Shown: positions 30,394 to 41,152, numbered from the stretch's first letter. The stretch is DNA of 64,000 nt from Cyanobacteriota bacterium (GCA_046045965.1 JBJOKS010000001.1:183118-247117), one strand, 5' to 3'. Numbers and translations are program-made. The notes: generated by a model not told the origin, from the letters alone.

Positions 30394-31302
30394 CTATAAA
30401 CCCAGATGATTTTGCAATGCTTGGCGCATTTGGTCTACAGGCACTTCTTCCCTTTGCAACCAGATTTTTAATGCTGCTGCACCTTGTTGAACTAGCATTT
30501 CTAAACCATCAATGGGAATTGCACCTTGTTTTTCTGCCAGGTGTAAAAATTTAGTCGGTTTGGGGATGTAGATTAAATCATAAGCGATAGAATTTGCAGG
30601 TAATTTAATCATCTCCTCTGCACTCAAAGGCGATTCATTTACATGAGGATACATCCCCATCGGAGTGGTATTGACTAACAAATTAGCTTGGGGAATTAAG
30701 TTTGGTAATTCTTCCCAAGTATGAATTTGAAATTTATCTGCAAAGGGTGAATTTTGCCAACTTTCGTTAAATGCTTTTAACTTATAGATATTTCTTCCTA
30801 CTACATGAATTTCTGCCAAACCTAGTTGAATACAACCGGCAACAACCGCCCTCGCTGCACCACCATTTCCTAAAATTACTGCGGTTTTCTGACTCCAATT
30901 TTGCTGATATGTTGTTTGTAAAGGAGCAATAAACCCTTCTACATCTGTGTTTGTTCCCACCCAAATGTCACCTTGACGAGTTACAGTATTAACAGCACCT
31001 ATAGCTTGAGCAATGGGGGAAATTTCTGATAATAAAGGTATTATTGCCTGTTTGTGGGGAATGGTGATGCTAAATCCTACTACACCAATACTAGCAAAAC
31101 CTGCGATCGCTCTCTCTAAATTTTCTGGTGCAATGGGAAAAGGTAAATAAACATAATCTAATCCTAATTTACCCAATGCTGCATTGTGCATGACTGGTGA
31201 AAGGGAATGTTCTACAGGATGGCCAATAACTCCCAAAAGTTTAGATTTTCCAGTAATCTTCTGACAATAATTATTTTCTTGTTTCTGATCTTGGTTATTC
31301 AT
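30394..31302 (-). CDS. aroE: Shikimate dehydrogenase
   Basis: GHPVEHSLSP, TIPHK, GAVNT, NTDVEG, GNGGAARA, DGLEMLVQQG; start uncertain. Confidence 0.95.
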   Translation of the reverse strand: MNNQDQKQENNYCQKITGKSKLLGVIGHPVEHSLSPVMHNAALGKLGLDYVYLPFPIAPENLERAIAGFASIGVVGFSITIPHKQAIIPLLSEISPIAQAIGAVNTVTRQGDIWVGTNTDVEGFIAPLQTTYQQNWSQKTAVILGNGGAARAVVAGCIQLGLAEIHVVGRNIYKLKAFNESWQNSPFADKFQIHTWEELPNLIPQANLLVNTTPMGMYPHVNESPLSAEEMIKLPANSIAYDLIYIPKPTKFLHLAEKQGAIPIDGLEMLVQQGAAALKIWLQREEVPVDQMRQALQNHLGL

Positions 31303-31561
31303 AAACATCATGTTTTTTAAAAAACGTATTGCAATTATACTTATTTTTGGTAACTTCCCCCAAAAAAATAGCCCAGTTGTATCAAACAACCAGGCTAAAT
31401 GTCAGATATTAAATTTCTACATCAACCCAAACAACACTTCACACTTCCACTTCATCACCGATGATTAAATAGTAAATTACTTTGTAAAGATGGAGTATAC
31501 AGAATACAAGATTCAGAATTAATTACTCCTGACTCCTGACTCCTGACTCCTTACCTAAATC

Positions 31562-32008
31562 TTAATTTTCTCCCAAATTGATTTTAACAACTTTGTTCTT
31601 TTCTTCTACCAATTTGGGCAGATTCAGATGCAAAATACCATCTTTATAATCAGCGGTGACTTTGGTATTTTGAATGGGTACAGGTAAAGGAATTACCCGT
31701 TGAAATTGACCATAATAAAATTCACTTCTGGTTTTAGCTTTCTCTTCTTCTTTGTGTTGAAATTTCCGTTCACCACTAATAGAAACAGAATCTTCTGTAA
31801 CTTGAATGTCCAAGTCTTTTGCTTCCATACCAGGAACTTCTAACTTGAGAATTACTGCATCCTCAGTTTCAGTTATTTCCGCAGCAGGAATTCTAGCAAC
31901 ATTAGTTAAATCTTTTAAATTAGCTGGTACAATTTCTTCAAATAAGCGATTAAAGCGACGTTCTAAGGTGTCAATTTCTTTCCAGGGGTTGTAACGAATG
32001 AGTGTCAT
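31562..32008 (-). CDS. Small heat-shock protein (Hsp20/alpha-crystallin)
   Basis: LEVPGM, ISGER, YGQFQRVIPLP, ADYKDGILHLNLPK. Confidence 0.93.
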   Translation of the reverse strand: MTLIRYNPWKEIDTLERRFNRLFEEIVPANLKDLTNVARIPAAEITETEDAVILKLEVPGMEAKDLDIQVTEDSVSISGERKFQHKEEEKAKTRSEFYYGQFQRVIPLPVPIQNTKVTADYKDGILHLNLPKLVEEKNKVVKINLGEN

Positions 32009-32163
32009 ATACTTTTCCCTCTATATTGTTGGTTGTTTGTTGCTTTGAGTTGTTTTTTCAACTCTTTGATTTTTATATTAGTGATGTTCAAAAATAATGT
32101 AAATTCGGTTTTTATCACTGATTAAATGATGATTACCGTACCGATATTTAAACCTATCAATTT

Positions 32164-32202
32164 TTCGGTTTACACTAATATTTCTGGTTCGGTTAACACT
32201 AA
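32164..32202. promoter_or_regulatory. Tandem TTCGG-N4-CACTAA sites upstream of hsp20
   Basis: TTCGGTTTACACTAA (32164) and GTTCGGTTAACACTAA (32187), 24 bp apart. Confidence 0.45.
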
Positions 32203-32361
32203 ATATATAACAGTTGACAGAGTTTAAATTGTATTTATTTCCTCATATAAACTAAACCCCTGCTATTTTTAACATCAGGATATTTGATTAAACCTGCTAC
32301 TCAATTGGTAATTTGACTGCTAATCTAAGAATATTAACAATACTTAACATTGATTCGGATT

Positions 32362-33276
32362 ATGCAAACAACTATAGCACCCTCTACAACTCCCATTCCC
32401 GGACAATACTGGCAATGGCGAGGACATAATGTATACTATGTACAAGCGGGAGAGAAACAACCTCAGCGTCCTCCCTTACTTTTAGTACATGGGTTTGGTG
32501 CTTCTACTGACCACTGGCGAAAAAATATTACCGGACTTTGTGCAGATTTTCAAGTATTTGCTATCGACCTTTTAGGGTTTGGACGTTCAGCAAAACCGAA
32601 ATTACAGTATAGTGGAGACTTATGGCGTGAACAACTGCGAGACTTTATTAGTGAAGTTATTGGTGAAAAAACAGTTGTAGCAGGTAATTCTCTTGGTGGT
32701 TATGCTTGTTTATGTGTAGGTTCAAAATATCCTGATCTGGTTGCGGGGGTAGTATTACTTAATAGTGCGGGTCCTTTTTCTCAAACGGAAGGGGAACAAG
32801 TGCAAATGCAACCTCCACAAAACCCTTTACAGAAATTAATTGGTAAAACTGTCAAATGGACTTTTCAAAGGCGGTTAGTTCAAGCTTTATTATTTCAATA
32901 TGTGCGTCAACGTTGGGTAATTCGTCGTACTTTAGAAAAGGTTTATTTAGATAAAACTGCAATTACTGATCAATTAGTTACAGAAATTCAACGTCCCGCT
33001 TATGATCAAGGTGCTTTAGATGTTTTTGTCTCGGTTTTTAGCACTCCTCAAGGGGAAAAGGTTGATGTTTTACTCAAACAATTAACTTGTCCTTTGTTGT
33101 TATTATGGGGAGAAGCAGATCCTTGGATGAAAGCGCGGGAACGTTCCCAAAAGTTTCATGAATATTATCCCCAATTAACTGAATATTTTATCACTGCTGG
33201 TCATTGTCCCCATGATGAAGCACCAGATCAAATAAACCCTCTTTTCCGTAATTGGGTTTTCTCTATTATTCAATAA
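32362..33276 (+). CDS. Alpha/beta-fold hydrolase
   Basis: LVHGFGAS, DLLGFG, GNSLGG nucleophile elbow, GHCPHDE. Confidence 0.9.
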   Translation: MQTTIAPSTTPIPGQYWQWRGHNVYYVQAGEKQPQRPPLLLVHGFGASTDHWRKNITGLCADFQVFAIDLLGFGRSAKPKLQYSGDLWREQLRDFISEVIGEKTVVAGNSLGGYACLCVGSKYPDLVAGVVLLNSAGPFSQTEGEQVQMQPPQNPLQKLIGKTVKWTFQRRLVQALLFQYVRQRWVIRRTLEKVYLDKTAITDQLVTEIQRPAYDQGALDVFVSVFSTPQGEKVDVLLKQLTCPLLLLWGEADPWMKARERSQKFHEYYPQLTEYFITAGHCPHDEAPDQINPLFRNWVFSIIQ

Positions 33277-33282
33277 ACATCT

Positions 33283-33309
33283 AAAAACCTAGTCAGGGTT
33301 GACTAGGTT
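33283..33309 (-). terminator. Intrinsic terminator with its U-tract on the minus strand
   Basis: Perfect stem aacctagtca-gggt-tgactaggtt; A-run on the plus side. Confidence 0.6.
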
Positions 33310-33723
33310 CTAGCGAATTGAGAAGTTTCAAATTTTTAAGGTTAAGTAAGTGTTTGAAAGTCAATAACTAGGGGTGGACAATCTCACAAGTTTAGCATTT
33401 TCCTGTTTTTCCGCTTAGGGATTTGGCGCGACTATCAATAACAGTCGGAATGCCACTTTAAGTTGTAAATGCTAACAACTTGTTTGGGCTTTTGACAGGG
33501 GACACACAGGTCATTGCCCGTTGGGTTGGTTGTTTTTGTTCTGTGTCCTTATGAATATAATCTAGCAAACCTGAATTCAGATGCGATCGCTTGTTTACTA
33601 AACTTGATGTTTTGTTTCAATTAGCAACATTGAGGACTGGGGACTGGGAATAAAGCAGGGGAAGCAGGGGAAGCAGGGGGAGAATAACTAATGAATTACC
33701 AATTACCCATTACCTATTATCAA

Positions 33724-34715
33724 TTACCATTCCCACATAATTCCGGTATTGTCGAAATGGTTGGTAACGATGCGGCCAATATTGTCTATTTGGGCTATTT
33801 CTTCGGGAGAAAGTTTGATTTCTGCGGCTTTAGCGTTATCTTGTGCTTGTTGGGGATATCTTGCACCAGCGATGTCTGACGACAAGCCGCTTTGCGTCTA
33901 CGCATTTGTTTGAGGTTGGGCAATTAACCATGCCAATGCTAACTGCGCTAAACTACAATTGTGATTTTCGGCTATGGGTTTAAGTTGCTCTAATGCTTGT
34001 TGAGCGCGTTCAAAATTCTCTCCTTGAAATAACCTATTTTTCGCTCGGTTATCTTCTGGATCAAATTTATGTCCTGGGGCAAATTTACCAGTTAACAGTC
34101 CTTGTGCTAAAGGTGAATAAGCCAAAATCGAAATATTATTTTCCACACAGTATGGCATGGCATCGGTTTCTACATTCCGCCAAAATAAAGAATAAGGTGG
34201 TTGTAAACTATCAATTCTGCCATATTGGGCAGCTTCTGCTATTTGTTCACGGGAAAAATTAGAAACACCAATGGCACGAATTTTACCTTGTTCTTTGAGG
34301 TGATTTAAGGCGCTCATGGTTTCTTATATGGGAACGATTTCACTTTTAAAAGAACCAGATTGCCAATGAATTTGGTAAAGGTCGATATAATCGGTTTGGA
34401 GATTTTTGAGAGAACGTTCACAAGCTTCTATCACTTGTTGATATTTGAGATGATTGGCAAAAACCTTAGTAGCATATTCCACGCGATCGCGCACATCAGC
34501 CACGGCTTGAGCTACAATCTGTTCAGAATGTCCATCACCATAAATTTCAGCAGTATGTATAGTTGTTATTCCCGCTTCATAAGCAGCGCGAATGGTTTTA
34601 ATTGAGTCTGCATCCTCTATTCCCACCCACATTCTCTTTCCAGCTTGCTAAGTTCCCATTAAAATGGGTGTAATTTTAACGGTGGATGTACCCACTGTGC
34701 GTTTTTCCTTTCCAT
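33724..34715 (-). pseudogene. Aldo/keto reductase pseudogene
   Basis: AKR motifs (TAEIYGDGHSE, DYIDLYQIHW, GKIRAIGVSNF, AYSPLAQGLL) interrupted by a 5-bp GGAAA duplication after the ATG, TAG at 34650-34648, TAA at 34326-34324 and a 27-nt stop-bearing insertion at 33874-33900. Confidence 0.9.
33874..33900. mobile_element. 27-nt small dispersed repeat inserted into a HIP1 site
   Basis: GCGAT[gtctgacgacaagccgctttgcgtcta]CGC; removing it restores GCGATCGC and the reading TNAIAGAR. Confidence 0.75.
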
Positions 34716-34807
34716 AGTTTTTCTCTAAATTTCTACTCACAACTAACCATTAGACTTTTAACCTATTACCTGTAACCTGTCATCTATCACCTGTCACCTA
34801 ATAAAAG

Positions 34808-35407
34808 ATGCTCATGGAACTGACTACTACTTTTCATGCTCTCAAAGAATGGGCTGTGGCCGTAAATGCTTTAGAAAGCGGACAAACAATTATGTTGCTG
34901 CGTAAAGGCGGCATCCATGAACGGGGAGGACGCTTTACTGTTGCCCATGAACAGGTTTTACTGTATCCTACTTACGAGCATCAACAGTCGTTTATGCTTA
35001 AAGCTGAATATGCTAATTTGGTTTATCCAGTCACTTCAGGATGGCATCCAGAAACAATTCGCATTGGTAGTTGGGCGGAAATTACGGATATTTTACCAGT
35101 TACAGAAGAGTCTATTGTCAGTGATTTATTGCCTTTTCATATTTGGAACGAGTATTTTATTAGCGATCGCCTGAAATGGAAAGCTCGTCAACCTTTATAT
35201 ATTCTTTTGTTACGAACTTATAAATTACCCCAGGTACAGTATATTCCTTATTTGCCTAAATACGGTGGTTGTAAATCTTGGATTGATTTAGAGCAACAAA
35301 TTTCTTTACAAGGTTCGGAAGCGGTTTTATCGGATGATGTTTATTGTCAGTTAGTTGATCAAATTCGGGGGATTATTGGCGATCGCTTGTATGCTGCATC
35401 TTTATAG
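34808..35407 (+). CDS. DUF1802 family protein
   Basis: ALKEWA, LLRKGGIHE, LYPTYEHQ, YGGCKSW. Confidence 0.88.
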   Translation: MLMELTTTFHALKEWAVAVNALESGQTIMLLRKGGIHERGGRFTVAHEQVLLYPTYEHQQSFMLKAEYANLVYPVTSGWHPETIRIGSWAEITDILPVTEESIVSDLLPFHIWNEYFISDRLKWKARQPLYILLLRTYKLPQVQYIPYLPKYGGCKSWIDLEQQISLQGSEAVLSDDVYCQLVDQIRGIIGDRLYAASL

Positions 35408-35558
35408 TAAAGTTGGGTTAAGGAACGCAATCCAACATTATCCCTGTTGTTGAGATTTATTTGTTGAGTTTCATTTTATTCAACCTACAGCTAACCAGCT
35501 TTTGTAGCATACTGTAGTACAATTGGTGTGGCTGACATAACGATTGTTACTATTGACG

Positions 35559-36026
35559 ATGATTCGACTGACTACACCCGATGACACAAACGCAATAATC
35601 GCCGTAGCTGAAACTATTGGCTTTCAGTCTCAAGAGCTTGATTATCTGAAAAAAATGCTGTCCGATTACTTTAAAGACGGCGAAACCGAAAGCTTTTGGA
35701 TTACCTACGAAGAAAAGGAGCCTGTTGGAGTAGCTTACTGCGAACCGGAACGGATGACTCATCAAACGTGGAATTTGCTATTAATTGCCATCCGAGAAGA
35801 CCTCCAGGGACAAGGACGAGGTGGGAAACTGCTGCACTATGTTGAACAAACATTGATGGCGCATGGTGGACGTATGCTACTTGTGGAAACGTCAGGACTC
35901 CCGGACTTTGAACGCACGCGGGCATTCTACGTGAAGTGTGGCTACCAGGAAGAGGCTCGCATTCGTGATTTCTACGCGGCGGGTGATGATAAAATTGTGT
36001 TCCGCAAACTGTTAAATGCAGACTAG
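35559..36026 (+). CDS. GNAT family N-acetyltransferase
   Basis: QGQGRGGKLL acetyl-CoA motif, VETSG, RAFYVKCGY; start set at ATG 35559. Confidence 0.9.
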   Translation: MIRLTTPDDTNAIIAVAETIGFQSQELDYLKKMLSDYFKDGETESFWITYEEKEPVGVAYCEPERMTHQTWNLLLIAIREDLQGQGRGGKLLHYVEQTLMAHGGRMLLVETSGLPDFERTRAFYVKCGYQEEARIRDFYAAGDDKIVFRKLLNAD

Positions 36027-36107
36027 ACAACGGTCTGGGGCAATGGGCGGCGGTGGGACTAATACAGTGCTTGTAAAATTTAAACAGCAAAAAATTCCGC
36101 CATTTTT

Positions 36108-36272
36108 ATGAATGAAAAACTCCAAACCGAAAAAGACAACCTACAGGCAATTGATAGTATAAAGATAAATAAAGAAACAGAAACCGAAAAAGTTCTCTGT
36201 TCTCATTGTCAGCGCACTGCTACAAACGGTATTAAATGTAAAGGTATATGTGTGGCTGATAATGACTATTAA
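36108..36272 (+). CDS. Small 54-aa protein with a CxxC-x9-CxxxC motif (absent from the ORF track)
   Basis: Translated by hand: MNEKLQTEKDNLQAIDSIKINKETETEKVLCSHCQRTATNGIKCKGICVADNDY. Confidence 0.65.
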   Translation: MNEKLQTEKDNLQAIDSIKINKETETEKVLCSHCQRTATNGIKCKGICVADNDY

Positions 36273-36395
36273 GGTATGAATTTTATTCCTATAATTTGGT
36301 ACAAAATCCCGCCTAAATTTTTTTGATAAAAAGCAAAAGGGTAAAGGTTTACCCCTTACCCTCTTAACCAAGTAGTTTTGAGATGCTATTCAAAA

Positions 36396-38840
36396 TTAAC
36401 CAACTTTAGCTAACAGTAACTCGCGAGTTTCTGCTTTTCTCACTTTCACCTGGCCATCATCATCGACATCAACAATGGCTGTATCACCTTCCAGAATGTG
36501 GTTAGATAAGATAGCCTCAGCCAGAGAATCTTCTAACAAGCGCATAATCGCTCTGCGTAAGGGTCTAGCACCATAACTAGGATCATACCCTTCTCTGACA
36601 ACCAGTTCTTTAAAGCTTTCTGTGACTTGGAGTTTAATTCCTCTGTCTGTCAAGCGATTAGCAACATCGCGGAGCATGATCTCAGCAATTTGCTTGACTT
36701 CCTCTTTGTTCAACTGAGTGAAGACGATAATTTCATCTAAACGGTTGAGGAACTCAGGACGGAAGTAATTTTTCAGTTCTTCATTTACCAAGTTGCGGAT
36801 ACGCTGATAACTAGCATCAACTTGGTTATCAAATTCAAAGCCTAAACTCATACCACCTTTTTCAATTACCTTAGAACCAATGTTAGATGTCAAGATAATC
36901 AAAGTGTTTTTGAAGTCTACTTTCCGGCCTTTTGCGTCCGTAAGATGCCCGTCATCCAAGATTTGCAGCAGCATATTGAATACATCGGGGTGCGCTTTTT
37001 CGATTTCGTCGAAAAGTAACACTGTGTAGGGTTTGCGCCGCACGGCTTCGGTGAGTTGTCCACCTTCGTCGTAGCCTACATAACCTGGAGGTGAACCGAT
37101 GAGCTTGGAAACATTATGACTTTCCATGTATTCGGACATATCTAAACGAATCATGGATTCTTCAGATCCGAAGAAGTAAGCCGCTAATGCTTTGGCCAGT
37201 TCTGTTTTCCCTACCCCTGTTGGACCAGAGAAGATAAAGCTGGCGATGGGGCGGTTAGGACTCTTTAAGCCAACACGAGCGCGACGAATAGAACGAGAAA
37301 CGGCTGTAACTGCTTGTTCTTGACCGATGAGGCGTTTGTGCAGGGTGTCTTCTAAGTGCAGCAATAACTCGGATTCTGATTCTGTTAGTTTGTTAACAGG
37401 TACACCTGTCCAAGAACCAACAATCTCGGCGATGTCTTCTTCGTCAACAATGGCTTTAACGGTTTTCAGGTTGTCTTCTACGTCAAGTTTGGCTTGGAGT
37501 TCCAGTTCTTCTTGATGCAGTTTACTAGCTTTACCAAAATCTTGAAGTCGGATGGCTTCTGCTTTGTCTTTGGTGATGTTTTTGAGTTGCAGTTTGATTT
37601 CTTTGTTATTGACGATGCGGGAGTGACGCAAACGCACACGAGAACCGGCTTCATCAATTAAGTCTATGGCTTTATCTGGGAGAAAGCGATCGCTAATATA
37701 TCGATCCGATAACTGTGCTGCTGCTACCACCGCTGCATCGGAGATAGTAACTTTATGGTGCTGTTCATAAGCAGAGCGCAAACCGTAGAGAATATCAATA
37801 GTTTCTTCTACTGAAGGTTCTCCGACCAAAATTGGTTGGAAACGCCGTTCTAAAGCTGCATCCCGTTCGATGTGTTTACGGTATTCATCCAAGGTGGTTG
37901 CGCCAATACACTGGAGTTCACCTCTGGCTAAAGCTGGTTTGAGGATGTTCGCTGCATCCAAACCGCCTTCTGTACCGCCAGCACCGACTAAGGTGTGAAT
38001 TTCATCAATCACAAGGATGATATTGCCTTCTGAGCGAATTTCATCCATGATTTTTTTCAATCGTTCCTCAAAGTCGCCACGGAAGCGGGTTCCTGCCACC
38101 AGTAAACCCATGTCCAGACTGATAACTTGCTTGTTGAGCAGAACTTCGGGTACATCTTGGTTAATGATGCGTTGAGCTAGACCTTCAGCGATCGCTGTTT
38201 TCCCAACTCCTGGTTCCCCGATCAAAACCGGGTTATTCTTTGTCCGGCGACCGAGAATTTGCACCGTGCGCTCAATTTCTTGATGACGACCAACCACAGG
38301 GTCTAACCTGCCTTCCTGAGCGACTTTGGTGAGATTTCTGCCAAACTCTTCTATACTGAGGTTTTTATTCCGTCTGGTACTGCTACCGCCAGCAAAAACC
38401 TTTACATCTTCACCCAGGCGACTCATGACAGCAGCGCGGATGGTCTGCAAGTCAACTCCTAGATTTTGCAGGACTTTGGCGGCGACTCCTTCCCCAGCTT
38501 CAGTTAACCCTAACAATAAGTGTTCAGTGTTTATGTAGTTGTGTCCAAGACTATGAGCCTCTCTAAAAGACTGCTCAAACAGGTTTTTTACTTTGGGTGT
38601 AAAAGGAATTTCCGGTGGGACAAAACCAGAACCCCGACCAATAATTTTTTCTACTTCCCGACGCGCATCTTTGAGGGTAACGCCCAATTCAGCTAACACT
38701 TTAGCAGCAACGCCTGTTCCTTCTCCCATCAAACCCAGGAGAATTTGTTCTGTTCCTACAAAATTGTGTCCCAGTCGGCGTGCTTCCTCCTGAGCTAACA
38801 TAATTACCCTAATGGCTTCGGACGTGAAGTGTTCAAACAT
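36396..38840 (-). CDS. clpC: ClpC-family Hsp100 ATPase (probably a second paralog)
   Basis: MFEHFT Clp-N domain, GEPGVGKT and GPTGVGKT Walker A motifs, GYVGY pore loop, YGARPLRR; start set at ATG 38840. Confidence 0.9.
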   Translation of the reverse strand: MFEHFTSEAIRVIMLAQEEARRLGHNFVGTEQILLGLMGEGTGVAAKVLAELGVTLKDARREVEKIIGRGSGFVPPEIPFTPKVKNLFEQSFREAHSLGHNYINTEHLLLGLTEAGEGVAAKVLQNLGVDLQTIRAAVMSRLGEDVKVFAGGSSTRRNKNLSIEEFGRNLTKVAQEGRLDPVVGRHQEIERTVQILGRRTKNNPVLIGEPGVGKTAIAEGLAQRIINQDVPEVLLNKQVISLDMGLLVAGTRFRGDFEERLKKIMDEIRSEGNIILVIDEIHTLVGAGGTEGGLDAANILKPALARGELQCIGATTLDEYRKHIERDAALERRFQPILVGEPSVEETIDILYGLRSAYEQHHKVTISDAAVVAAAQLSDRYISDRFLPDKAIDLIDEAGSRVRLRHSRIVNNKEIKLQLKNITKDKAEAIRLQDFGKASKLHQEELELQAKLDVEDNLKTVKAIVDEEDIAEIVGSWTGVPVNKLTESESELLLHLEDTLHKRLIGQEQAVTAVSRSIRRARVGLKSPNRPIASFIFSGPTGVGKTELAKALAAYFFGSEESMIRLDMSEYMESHNVSKLIGSPPGYVGYDEGGQLTEAVRRKPYTVLLFDEIEKAHPDVFNMLLQILDDGHLTDAKGRKVDFKNTLIILTSNIGSKVIEKGGMSLGFEFDNQVDASYQRIRNLVNEELKNYFRPEFLNRLDEIIVFTQLNKEEVKQIAEIMLRDVANRLTDRGIKLQVTESFKELVVREGYDPSYGARPLRRAIMRLLEDSLAEAILSNHILEGDTAIVDVDDDGQVKVRKAETRELLLAKVG

Positions 38841-39072
38841 AGCGGGTTCTTGCTCCCTTGCTGCTTGGACTTTGGGTGAGATAAAGTTCACCCTCATCTA
38901 AATTTTCTTGTATTTTCTTAAAGATAATGTATCTTTATTTAAAATTGGATGGCAGTGGTGAGAGCCGTATTAGCTCAGGTGTAGTTGCCGTCATTCGCCA
39001 ATTATGGCTCACTAGGCGGAATGTTTAGCCTTTAATCTTGATCAATCCGAAATCCTATCATTAGTAAAATTT

Positions 39073-39369
39073 ATGACAGAATCTTCAGCAAGTAAAGACC
39101 AACAGCATCCTCTTTACAACCGCGATCGCCCCCTTATTAATAGTTTACTCGCTCAGGAGCCAACAGATTACAATTTGTCTGAATTAGCCAGGTTGAAAAT
39201 TCGCTATCAAGGCTTTCCAGGCGCAAGGGACATTCAAACGGACTTAGATAAAGTTTTGCAACGTTGGGGTTTAACGGAAGCAGAACTTTTCCTCAAAACC
39301 CGCCAACTCCATGAAGTTGGAGGCATTTATAAAAGTCAGGGCAAAAAAGAAGAGGAGGATTGGAATTAG
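39073..39369 (+). CDS. DUF3288 family conserved cyanobacterial protein
   Basis: QQHP..DR, ELARL.IRYQGFPGA, C-terminal EDW. Confidence 0.75.
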   Translation: MTESSASKDQQHPLYNRDRPLINSLLAQEPTDYNLSELARLKIRYQGFPGARDIQTDLDKVLQRWGLTEAELFLKTRQLHEVGGIYKSQGKKEEEDWN

Positions 39370-39397
39370 GCAGGAGGCAGGAGGCAGAAGGCAGGAG

Positions 39398-40990
39398 TCA
39401 GTTGTTGTTCTCTCCCTGCTCCCCTGCTCCCTGCTCCCCTGCATCTTCCGATGGTGTAGGAGTTACTAAAGCTGGGACTAAATCTGGTTCAATGATCATA
39501 AATTCTTTTGGATTTGGGGTAGGTGTGATCATTTTGGTTTGTTCTAAATCAGCTTTCAGGTTTGGGGTAGGTGTGATAACTTTGGGTTCATCAACAATTG
39601 CCTTGACTTCGGGAACGGGTGTGACAACTTTTGGAGATTTTTCTACAATTGCTTTTACTTCTGGAGTAGGAGTGATGAATGTTGATGGAGTTACAAAAGC
39701 TTGAGCTTTCCGGGGTGGAGTGGGTGTGATAACTTTTGGCTGATTGACAGATGCTTTGAGTGAGTCTAAGGTGACAGCTACCTTTGTTTGCTGCTGCATA
39801 TCTTGTGTAGAAGATACCAGTTTACTCAGACCATTCACCAATTGCAGAAGATTTTGGCGGAATTTAGGATCGCCTGTCAATTCATCGAGATCAGATGTAA
39901 TTTTTTGTGTATTTTCAAATGTCACCCTGGCTGCATCTAGGGTTTGTTGTAGAAGGACGATATTTTTAGGATCATTTAAATTTTTAGAAGCATCCTTTAA
40001 ATTAGCTGAAGCTTCCGCAGCGTTAGCAGAAAGAAGTTCTAAATTTTTCAATAATTCTCCTTCTGTTAAACGATTAACCGCAGGTGATAAACTGCTCACT
40101 GTTTGACGCAGTTGGTTACTGGTCTGGGTCATATTATTTAAAGTAGCTACTAAAGCAGAACGATTTGTGGTTAATAATTCATCTAAGTTATTTAAAAGCT
40201 GACTTGCTTGTTTTGCAGTTGTACTAAAATCGCTGGCTGTTGTACCTAATTGATTTGCGGTTTTTGTTGTTGTAGCTGTGAGTTCATTTGTTGCTCGTTG
40301 GATGGTGACAGCTGTATTAGAAAATGTTCCTAATTGTCCTTGAAAACTTTTGCTGACACTTTGCATTTCTCGACTTAGTTTAGCGACACTGGTAGCCGCA
40401 TCCGCAGAGGTTACTAAAAGTCGATTCACGTTTTGATAAAATTCTTCGTTATTATATTGAGCAGCAAACTCAGATGATTGGCGAATTAGTTCATCAACGC
40501 TGATGCCAATATTACCTTTTAATTTACTGGATTCATTACAAATAATCAGACTGGGATTACAATCTTTATCTAAAGGTTTAGCAATATCACTTCCAGTTTC
40601 TAGGGTGGTGTTTGGAGTGATATCAATAATACTTTCGCTGATTAATCCACTTTGATTGGCTTCTATTTTAGAATCAGCAGGAATGAGCAAATTAGGATCA
40701 TTGATTTCAATTTCTACGTCAACGGCATTTACTCCCGGCTGTATTTTGGAAATACTACCCACTTTCACACCACGATAACGAACTGGTGCGCCTTTTTGCA
40801 TTCCTCCAGCGTTGGCAAATTCGACCACTGCTTTATAAGAACTGCGTCCGGGAGTGATTCTATTTAACCACATAAGAATTACCCCAAATGCTCCTAAACC
40901 CAGTAAAATTAACAATCCCACTGAGCCTTCTCTAAAAGTTCGTGTAGAGGTAAAGCCGCTAATTAGACCTCGCATTTTTTCGCGTTCCAT
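39398..40990 (-). CDS. MlaD/MCE-family lipid transport protein (Ycf22/TGD2-like) with a Pro/Thr-rich repeat tail
   Basis: REGSVG + TM helix, GAPVRYRGVKVG MCE motif, QSGLISE, long helical region. Confidence 0.9.
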   Translation of the reverse strand: MEREKMRGLISGFTSTRTFREGSVGLLILLGLGAFGVILMWLNRITPGRSSYKAVVEFANAGGMQKGAPVRYRGVKVGSISKIQPGVNAVDVEIEINDPNLLIPADSKIEANQSGLISESIIDITPNTTLETGSDIAKPLDKDCNPSLIICNESSKLKGNIGISVDELIRQSSEFAAQYNNEEFYQNVNRLLVTSADAATSVAKLSREMQSVSKSFQGQLGTFSNTAVTIQRATNELTATTTKTANQLGTTASDFSTTAKQASQLLNNLDELLTTNRSALVATLNNMTQTSNQLRQTVSSLSPAVNRLTEGELLKNLELLSANAAEASANLKDASKNLNDPKNIVLLQQTLDAARVTFENTQKITSDLDELTGDPKFRQNLLQLVNGLSKLVSSTQDMQQQTKVAVTLDSLKASVNQPKVITPTPPRKAQAFVTPSTFITPTPEVKAIVEKSPKVVTPVPEVKAIVDEPKVITPTPNLKADLEQTKMITPTPNPKEFMIIEPDLVPALVTPTPSEDAGEQGAGEQGENNN

Positions 40991-41097
40991 AACAATAGTC
41001 CTGAATAGTAATTCGTAATTCGTAATTCGTAATTCGTAATTCTTAATTTGTAAATATGGGAATAGGAAATAGGAAATAGGAAATAATTATTTTTATT

Positions 41098-41139
<42 letters not shown>

Positions 41140-41152
41140 TTGAAATATATTA

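Noticed and set aside
35490..36070. GC-richer GNAT gene as an integron-type cassette
   Set aside because: I could not identify a convincing attC structure, and there is no integrase; only a compositional hint.
36141..36371. 76-aa minus-strand ORF
   Set aside because: Antisense to the Cys-motif microprotein at 36108-36272; no recognisable features.
39360..39704. 114-aa plus-strand ORF
   Set aside because: Starts in STRR repeats and is antisense to the MCE gene tail.
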